This document shows positions 57,526 to 64,000 of a stretch of 64,000 bases of DNA, in pieces (within the stretch, counting starts at the first letter, position 1; each line of letters opens with the position of its first letter). A program made the translations under genes and the position numbers. The notes under the pieces were generated by a model. It did not search any database and was not told where the DNA came from. It saw only the letters and a list, made by a program, of their open reading frames with translations. Where the stretch lies: the NCBI GenBank assembly GCA_049424145.1, contig JBMSSC010000001.1, positions 1 to 64,000 of the forward strand, given 5' to 3'. The stretch comes from Bdellovibrionia bacterium. Its GTDB lineage: Bacteria; Bdellovibrionota; UBA1018.

Positions 57526-58662
57526 CTGACCCACTTCAAACAGAGCTTTTGGCCGAATCGGAGTTGGAAAATCGACTGGAAGCTTTTTTTTCTAGTTCTA
57601 GCCATGGTCGTTTTTGGACTCATCATGGTTTACAGCTCCTCGTTCATCTTAGCGCAGGAAAGAAGTGGGAACGGCTTTGCTTTGATTCGCAAGCAGCTTC
57701 TTTTTGCCATTTTAGGTTTTTTAGCCATGGCCGGTGCAATTCAGATGGACTATGGCCTCTGGAGGAAGCACGCTCCCTCCGTCTTAGCCGGTGCGGTTTT
57801 TCTTCTCTTCCTGGTGCTCTTGCCCGGCGTGGGGCATAAGGTGGGAGGAGCGCAGCGGTGGTTGAAGTTGGGTCCCGTTCGTTTTCAGCCAGCGGAGCTG
57901 GCGAAGTTTGCGATGATCTTCTTTGGGGCCCGTTTTTTAGAGAGCCCACTGAGCTGGTCTCGCTTTTCCGATCCGAAGCGAATCGGAGAGGCCTTATTGT
58001 TTCTGCCTGCTTTTTTTCTGCTCCTCATTCAGCCTGATTTCGGAACAACGGTGATTATCGCCTTAGTTTTGTTTTTTATGGTCTTTGTTTCCGGGGTGCG
58101 TCCTCGAGCCCTGTTTGCTGTTTTTTTTCCCATCGCAGTGGGTGCGCTTCTGGTGGCCTTTGGAAGTGAGTACCGAAGGGCTCGTATCCGAACGTTTTGG
58201 GACCCTTGGCAAGATCCCGCAGGCAAGGGGTTTCAAATCCTTCAGTCCTTTGTGGGCCTCCATAATGGAGGGTTGTTTGGGGTGGGTTTAGGCAACAGTC
58301 GGGAGAAGCTCTTTTATCTGCCTGAGGCTCACAATGATTTTATCTTCTCGGTGATTGGGGAGGAGTTGGGTTTTCTGGGGGTTTTTACCGTTGTTTTTGC
58401 TTATCTCTACTTGATGTTTAAGGGACTCAATATTGCCTGGAACTGCCAACGGAAAAAGCAAGATCGTTTTGGGATGCTTCTGGCCACAGGAATTACCCTG
58501 GCGCTGAGTTTTCAGGGGTTTGTCAATGCGGCTGTCGTGTTTGGGCTCTTACCCACCAAGGGCCTTGCCTTGCCGTTTTTAAGCTACGGGGGCTCCGCTC
58601 TGGTGGTGGATTTATTTGCGGTGGGCGTTTTACTCAGTATTGCTCGGAGTACGGAAGGATAG
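57526..58662 (+). CDS. ftsW: SEDS peptidoglycan polymerase FtsW
   Basis: GLIMVYSSS, GAQRW, FQPAELAK, QPDFGT, LPEAHNDFIF, LPFLSYGGS. Frame extends upstream of ATG 57604 through KIDWKLFFLV to CTG 57526 behind AGGAGG. Confidence 0.92.
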   Translation: MTHFKQSFWPNRSWKIDWKLFFLVLAMVVFGLIMVYSSSFILAQERSGNGFALIRKQLLFAILGFLAMAGAIQMDYGLWRKHAPSVLAGAVFLLFLVLLPGVGHKVGGAQRWLKLGPVRFQPAELAKFAMIFFGARFLESPLSWSRFSDPKRIGEALLFLPAFFLLLIQPDFGTTVIIALVLFFMVFVSGVRPRALFAVFFPIAVGALLVAFGSEYRRARIRTFWDPWQDPAGKGFQILQSFVGLHNGGLFGVGLGNSREKLFYLPEAHNDFIFSVIGEELGFLGVFTVVFAYLYLMFKGLNIAWNCQRKKQDRFGMLLATGITLALSFQGFVNAAVVFGLLPTKGLALPFLSYGGSALVVDLFAVGVLLSIARSTEG

Positions 58663-58671
58663 AGGGCCCAG

Positions 58672-59769
58672 ATGCAAACGCTTCAGCAAAAAAAGTTATT
58701 GGGGGCAGGCGGGGGAACCGGAGGCCATGTTCTAGCCGGGGGGGCCATTGCAGAGGGGTGGGCTCAAAAGGCCCAAAGCTCCTCCAGTGTGCTCTTTGTG
58801 GGAGCGCGGGGGGGGATTGAGGAAAGACTCGTGCCAAAAACCCCGTTTGCGCTCCGATTGCTTCGCGTGGGTTCTTTGAATCGCGTGAAGGTGACGCGTC
58901 AGCTGAAGACGCTGTTTGAGATCCCCTGGGCAATGGTGGTGTCGCTTCAGATTCTATTTCAGTTTCGACCCCACGCTGTGCTGGGCGTGGGAGGGTATAG
59001 CTCTGGACCGTTGGTGCTGATGGCGGCGCTTCTCAAAAAGCTGGGTCTGTTAAATTGCCAGGTGGCGATCTTGGAGCAAAACTCGGTGGTGGGCTTGACC
59101 AATCGTCTTTTAGGGCGCGTGGTGGATTCGGTTTTCACGGCTTTTCCGGGGATGGAGCCACAGTTTTTGGGTAAAAAAGTTATTTTTACGGGCAATCCCA
59201 TTCGATCATCGATGAAACAGCTGCCTTCTGCGCCGAGAGATCCCTTTACGATCTTTGTTTTTGGGGGCAGTCAGGGGGCCAGAGGAGTGAATCGTTTAGT
59301 GTTAGAGGCTCTGCCCGAACTGAAGCAAGTGAAACGTTCCATTCGTTTCATTCATCAAAGTGGGCAGGCGGATTTTGAGGAGGTTTTAAAAGCGCATCAA
59401 GCCGCAGGCATGGACTCTTGCGTGGAGAAGTTCATTGAAGACATGCCCAGTGCCTATGCTCAGGCGTCCCTTCTGGTCTGTCGTTCAGGAGCCTCCACAT
59501 TGGCCGAGATTGCAGCCGTAGGACGAGCTGCGATTTTAGTTCCATTGCCGACAGCAGCCGATGATCATCAGAGTAAAAATGCCTGTGCCTATGTTCAAGC
59601 CGGTGCTGCTCAACTGATGGATCAGAGAGTGGGCTCCGGAGCGAGTCTGGCTCAGTTGATTCAGGATCTCATGACTCGTCCGGATCAGATTGCAGCCATG
59701 GAGCGACGTGTGCTTGAATTTTATCGTCCACATGCGGCTCGGGATATTGTAGAGCATCTGTATGTTTAG
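58672..59769 (+). CDS. murG: Lipid II GlcNAc transferase
   Basis: GGGTGGH, GVGGYSS, EQNS, TGNPIR, GGSQGA, RSGAST, DHQSKNA. Confidence 0.95.
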   Translation: MQTLQQKKLLGAGGGTGGHVLAGGAIAEGWAQKAQSSSSVLFVGARGGIEERLVPKTPFALRLLRVGSLNRVKVTRQLKTLFEIPWAMVVSLQILFQFRPHAVLGVGGYSSGPLVLMAALLKKLGLLNCQVAILEQNSVVGLTNRLLGRVVDSVFTAFPGMEPQFLGKKVIFTGNPIRSSMKQLPSAPRDPFTIFVFGGSQGARGVNRLVLEALPELKQVKRSIRFIHQSGQADFEEVLKAHQAAGMDSCVEKFIEDMPSAYAQASLLVCRSGASTLAEIAAVGRAAILVPLPTAADDHQSKNACAYVQAGAAQLMDQRVGSGASLAQLIQDLMTRPDQIAAMERRVLEFYRPHAARDIVEHLYV

Positions 59770-61168
59770 AAAAGAAGAAACCTGGCTTCATTTTGTAGGA
59801 ATCGGTGGCATTGGCATGAGTGGGATTGCCGAGGTGTTCTTAAACCAGGGATATCAAGTCAGCGGATCTGATTGGAGTGAGTCAGAAACCACCAAGCGCC
59901 TAGCCCAGTTAGGTGCGCGGGTCTTTCAAGGCCACAGTAAGGACCACGTGGGTTCAGCCAACGTGGTGGTCATTTCTTCAGCCGTGAAGCCGGATAATCC
60001 AGAGGTGGTGGAGGCCAAGGCCAGGCGGATTCCTATTATTCCTCGAGCAGAAATGTTGGGTGAGTTGATGAGAGGTAAGGTGGGTATTGCCGTGGCGGGA
60101 AGTCATGGAAAAACCACCACCACCTCTCTTTTATCCACCGTCTTAACCTCAGCTGGGCTTGATCCGACGCTTGTGATTGGCGGCAAAGTGGACTCCTTGG
60201 GGGGCAATGCCAAGCTGGGTCGAGGGGAAATTGTGGTGGCTGAAGCCGATGAGAGCGATGGTTCGTTCCTGCATCTGCCTGCGACCATCGGAATTATTAC
60301 TAATATTGACAACGATCATTTGGATCACTTTGGGAGCCTCAGTGCTGTAGAAGACGCGTTTGTCGAGCTGGTCAGTCAGCTGCCTTTTTATGGTCTGGCT
60401 GTGATTTGTGGAGATGATCCAGGAGTCAAGCGCTGCATGAGTCGGTGGAGTAAGCCGTATCAAACCTATGGACTCTCTGAGGAGTGTGATCTGTTTGCGC
60501 GCAAGATTGAGTACCAGGGGTTAGGCTCCACGTTTGAAGTGGTGAGGAAAGAACCGAGCGGGGCCCACCAATGCCTCGGTCAGTTCCAGCTCAAGGTGCC
60601 CGGGCAGCACAATGTTCTTAACGCTCTGGCTTGCATTTTAGTGGCCCTAAAGCTTGAGGTGGAGATCCCTAAAATTGCTCAGGGTTTAGCTGAGTTTCAA
60701 GGAGTGAAGCGCCGATTCGACATTCGTTACTCCGATGAGCTGCGGCATCGGGCGATTGTGGATGATTACGCTCACCATCCCACTGAGCTGATGGCTACTT
60801 TAGAGGCGGCTCGGCGATTTTGGAAAGGACGAATCATCAGTGTGTTTCAGCCGCATCGTTACAGTCGAACACTTCACTGTCATGATGGGTTTTTGTCCTC
60901 CTTCGTTCGATCGGATGTGGTGATTTTAACGGATATCTACCCCGCAGGGGAGGAGCCCATTCCTGGAGTGAGTGCTCAGGGCTTGGCCGAGGAGATTCAA
61001 CGCTTGGCTCGGGCGGATCAAGTTGTGCTCTATGGGGGGGATTTAAAGAACACAGAAACCCTATTAAGTGGGCTTTTTAAGGATGGGGATTTAATCCTGT
61101 GTTTAGGGGCTGGATCCATAACGAAGCTTCCCGATCAGCTGACAGCCTTGCGGATGAAATCCGGATGA
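59762..61168 (+). CDS. murC: UDP-MurNAc:L-Ala ligase
   Basis: HFVGIGGIGMSGIA, AGSHGKTTT, EADESDGSF, GVKRRF, DDYAHHPTE, FQPHRYSRT. Confidence 0.96.
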   Translation: MFRKEETWLHFVGIGGIGMSGIAEVFLNQGYQVSGSDWSESETTKRLAQLGARVFQGHSKDHVGSANVVVISSAVKPDNPEVVEAKARRIPIIPRAEMLGELMRGKVGIAVAGSHGKTTTTSLLSTVLTSAGLDPTLVIGGKVDSLGGNAKLGRGEIVVAEADESDGSFLHLPATIGIITNIDNDHLDHFGSLSAVEDAFVELVSQLPFYGLAVICGDDPGVKRCMSRWSKPYQTYGLSEECDLFARKIEYQGLGSTFEVVRKEPSGAHQCLGQFQLKVPGQHNVLNALACILVALKLEVEIPKIAQGLAEFQGVKRRFDIRYSDELRHRAIVDDYAHHPTELMATLEAARRFWKGRIISVFQPHRYSRTLHCHDGFLSSFVRSDVVILTDIYPAGEEPIPGVSAQGLAEEIQRLARADQVVLYGGDLKNTETLLSGLFKDGDLILCLGAGSITKLPDQLTALRMKSG

Positions 61169-62115
61169 CTTCGTGGGATGAGAGTCGCTTTTGGAAAAAT
61201 CCGGAGGGTTTTCGGGGAGAGCTCAGGTGGAATGAGCCGCTGTCCAAGCACACGTATTATCGGATTGGTGGACCGGCTCGGCTACTTGCTATACCGACTT
61301 CAGTTTCTGATCTGCAGTGGCTTGCTCAAGGGATTGAAAACTCAGGGGTTCGCTTTTTAGTCTTGGGTTTGGGCTCCAACGTTTTAGCCAGTGACGAGGG
61401 GTTTGCAGGGCTCGTTATTCGGTTGCATCGACTGAATTTAAAAATTGAACCTCAATTCCAAAAAGACGACCCAGGCCTCGGTGCAACCGAGATTCTAACA
61501 GGAGCAAGTGTGGCCAATTCCACGCTTTTAAGGCGAGCCGCTCAAGAGGGCTGGGGTGGGCTTGAGTTTCTCTCGGGGGTACCGGGTTCCGTAGGTGGTG
61601 CTGTGGTGATGAATGCAGGCACGCATCTGGGTGAGGCTCAAAGTCGGATTCGCAAGGTAGTGGCCTACCGTTTAGGGGAGTTTCAATCGGAGCCTGAGGT
61701 TTATGTGGGCGATCAGCTTCGCTTTGAGTATCGCTCGCATCGGTTTCTTCCGGTAGACTCCGTGGTGTACTCCGTGGTTTGGGAAGTGCAGAGGGATGAG
61801 CCAGCGCTCGTGCAGCAGCGGATCGATGAGATGCTTCGCAGACGAAAAAGCACTCAGCCCGTGGACTACCCCTCCTGCGGAAGTGTCTTTAAAAACCCAA
61901 AAGAATCTGGACTCTCGGCTTGGCAAGTGGTGGATCGTTTGGGTTTAAGAGGCCATCAAATTGGACAGGCTCAGTTTTCTCCCAAGCACAGCAATTTTAT
62001 TATTAATCTCGGAGGTGCTCAAGCCAAAGATGTCCGAGCTCTCATTGAATTGGCCAAGATGCGGGCTCAGACGGAGCTTGGCATTACGCTTCAACAAGAA
62101 GTGATCTATATCTAG
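61165..62115 (+). CDS. murB: UDP-N-acetylenolpyruvoylglucosamine reductase
   Basis: HTYYRIGGPA, GLGSNVL, GVPGSVGGAVVMNAG, PSCGSVFKNP, KHSNF. Confidence 0.95.
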   Translation: MTSWDESRFWKNPEGFRGELRWNEPLSKHTYYRIGGPARLLAIPTSVSDLQWLAQGIENSGVRFLVLGLGSNVLASDEGFAGLVIRLHRLNLKIEPQFQKDDPGLGATEILTGASVANSTLLRRAAQEGWGGLEFLSGVPGSVGGAVVMNAGTHLGEAQSRIRKVVAYRLGEFQSEPEVYVGDQLRFEYRSHRFLPVDSVVYSVVWEVQRDEPALVQQRIDEMLRRRKSTQPVDYPSCGSVFKNPKESGLSAWQVVDRLGLRGHQIGQAQFSPKHSNFIINLGGAQAKDVRALIELAKMRAQTELGITLQQEVIYI

Positions 62116-62119
62116 CTTT

Positions 62120-63511
62120 TTATTCTTTTGAGAATAAAACCTCTTTCACCTCTTTGGGTTGTACGCCTGAGGCTTGAATCAAAGCGGCTCTGAGTTTTTT
62201 TGAGGTAGCAAGCACTGAGATGGCAAGTTGATCGGGTTTTAAGAAGTGGTTCAGCGCCTGATTGACCTGAGGGAGAGTGAGCTTCCTGAGTTCAGAGGCA
62301 AACGACTGCATGAAGCCTGTTGGAAGCTTGAGAGTTTTCTCCAAGATCTTATTTTCAACCCGCTTTTTAGGCGTGTTGTAGGTGAATCCCGAGCTCTGGA
62401 TGAGGCTTTGCTGGGCAAACTCAAACTGCTGGGGCGTGAGTCCATGCTCTTTCAGCTGGGAAATGAGCTGAAGGGAGTGTTTGAGGGCTGCTGCTGCATC
62501 CGCTTGGGCAGGGTACAGGTGCACGATCCATGAGCGGGGTTCTGTTCCGTGTCGAAATTGGCTGGAAACCCCATAGCTCCAGCCGCGCTTCACTCGAATC
62601 TCCTCCATTAAAGTGGAGGAAAAGGAGGGTCCGCCAAAGGCATGATTGCCCAAGTAAAGGCTGAAGAAATCAGGATCCGTCATCTTCACTCCAATTTGTC
62701 CGATGTGGATCTGGGTTTGAGTGCGATCCGGTTTATCGATGATTAAAAGTCGTCTTGTTTGTGCGTTCTCAGGGCGCCCCAGGGGAGTGGTGAGTCCTAA
62801 AGATGCTGTTGTGTTTGGGGTTTGAGGGGTAGGCGTACTGAGGAGTTTTTGCAGACTCTCGCCTAGGGTTTTTGCCCAAGCTTGGATGGGTTCCACAGGA
62901 GAGTCGCCTGAGCCGAGAATGAAAAGAGAGTCCTCTTTTAAAAGGGCCCGGTGATGAGCGAGCACTTGCTCTCTTGTCATGGATTCAATGTCTGGGGTTC
63001 TTCCCAAAACGGAGCGGCCGTAGGGGTGGTCTTGAAAGAGGAATTGAGTGAAGCTTCGTGTGGCCAAGCTGGAGTCGTGGCCTTTTTCCTCTTGGATTCC
63101 CGCGATGATTTCAGCCTTGAGTTTATCGATCTCCAGTTGTGGGAAAGAGGGCTCCGTCAGGAGTTCGCGTAGAAGGCTTAAGAAAGGGTTCAGTTGACTC
63201 GAGAGGACAGCTCCCCTGAAAATCAATGCCTCAGCTCGGGTCTCCACCTCAAGCTTGGCTCCCCATTGATCTAAAGCTTGATCGATTTGTGCTTTATTCT
63301 TCGAGCGTGTGCCCCGAAGGAGCATCTCCCCCATGAAGTTGGTGAGACCCATTTGCCCCTGGGGGTCTTTCACCGATCCATGGTTGAGCACCACATTGAG
63401 GTAGACTAGAGGTAAATTTGAATTCTTCTCAAAGTCGACTTCAAGAGCGTGGCCTAAAGTGGCGCTCAGGAAACAGAGATATCCCAGTAGTGTCAGCACC
63501 CAGGGTTTCAT
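62120..63511 (-). CDS. M16 (pitrilysin) peptidase, non-catalytic subunit, exported
   Basis: GSVKDP..GLTNFMGEMLLRGT (HxxEH lost), EIRVKRGWSY R/Y pair, signal peptide. Confidence 0.88.
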   Translation of the reverse strand: MKPWVLTLLGYLCFLSATLGHALEVDFEKNSNLPLVYLNVVLNHGSVKDPQGQMGLTNFMGEMLLRGTRSKNKAQIDQALDQWGAKLEVETRAEALIFRGAVLSSQLNPFLSLLRELLTEPSFPQLEIDKLKAEIIAGIQEEKGHDSSLATRSFTQFLFQDHPYGRSVLGRTPDIESMTREQVLAHHRALLKEDSLFILGSGDSPVEPIQAWAKTLGESLQKLLSTPTPQTPNTTASLGLTTPLGRPENAQTRRLLIIDKPDRTQTQIHIGQIGVKMTDPDFFSLYLGNHAFGGPSFSSTLMEEIRVKRGWSYGVSSQFRHGTEPRSWIVHLYPAQADAAAALKHSLQLISQLKEHGLTPQQFEFAQQSLIQSSGFTYNTPKKRVENKILEKTLKLPTGFMQSFASELRKLTLPQVNQALNHFLKPDQLAISVLATSKKLRAALIQASGVQPKEVKEVLFSKE

Positions 63512-64000
63512 GTTCGAGATCCTTTCTTTTTGAGACGATTCTCAAGCTTTGGGGTCCCAACGATCACGGTGCGTTCGCGGGGCTGAAAGTAGCGTTGAGC
63601 AACGCGCTGAATATCACGAGGTTTGAGTGCGTCGACGGCTTTTTGCAGCTGAAGCCCCGCCTGAAAATCTCCGTGAAGCGTTTCATGGTGTCCTAAGAAC
63701 ATGGCTTTTGAGAAGTTCGAGCTCAATCCCTCGTAGAAGCTAAAGTTGAACTTGTTCTTAGCCTTTTGCAGTTCCTGGGTTGAGATGAGCGAGGTTTGAA
63801 GAACCGACAACTCATTTAAAATCACCTTCTCCGCCTGCTCAGCTCGTTTTCCTTGTTGCAGGGTGGCAGAAATCACGAATAACGATGGGTCTTTATTTCC
63901 ATAGTTTCCACAATCCACAGCGCTTGCGATGCCTGTCTCCACAAGGGCTTGATTCAGGCGGCTGCTCTTACTGCCTGCTAAGAGGTTTTGTAAGACCTCC
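63508..64000 (-). CDS. M16 peptidase, C-terminal part (5' end outside window)
   Basis: Frame open to window edge: LLAGSKSSRLNQALV, ELQKAK, DIQRVAQRYF; 4-bp overlap with next M16 gene. Confidence 0.8.
   Translation of the reverse strand, partial: EVLQNLLAGSKSSRLNQALVETGIASAVDCGNYGNKDPSLFVISATLQQGKRAEQAEKVILNELSVLQTSLISTQELQKAKNKFNFSFYEGLSSNFSKAMFLGHHETLHGDFQAGLQLQKAVDALKPRDIQRVAQRYFQPRERTVIVGTPKLENRLKKKGSRT

Noticed and set aside
57507..57839. Frameshifted ftsW N-terminus or separate ORF
   Set aside because: The FtsW frame itself is open from 57487 and encodes the expected lead-in; this ORF is an out-of-frame shadow.

Overview
Mostly housekeeping chromosomal DNA from a Gram-negative bacterium (lspA, lgt, lptG, outer-membrane barrel). 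Gene style suggests Bdellovibrionota; this is inference from the short HemA, HemC-HemD fusion and Cys-rich RCC1 surface protein. In order: pruA; a lipase-like hydrolase; infA; rnhA; a coupled haem operon (hemA-hemCD-hemB-hemL-[sensor kinase-response regulator]-hemE-hemN-hemY); lipoprotein, GAF protein, lspA, lgt and a BtuFCD-like ABC importer; dksA-galU-hypothetical-priA and a CFI-box protein; lepB; lptG-def-fmt; STAS, hutH, rpe, hutI; a divergent PAP2/IPC-synthase-like + TlpA / Flp-like pilin + GT-C locus; ribD-like and rlmE; an exact 3231-bp tandem duplication carrying a 14-repeat RCC1 protein; PilZ, mreB, amn; a reduced dcw cluster; two M16 peptidase subunits. No rRNA, tRNA, CRISPR array or transposase was recognised. 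Most notable: the blunt-junction duplication, an in-frame TAG in mraY with two neighbouring T>A changes (probably base-call errors), a two-component system inside the haem operon, the pilin/TlpA/GT-C locus, and repeated -10 boxes 6-8 nt before start codons suggesting frequent leaderless mRNAs. All calls come from motif reading; no searches were run.
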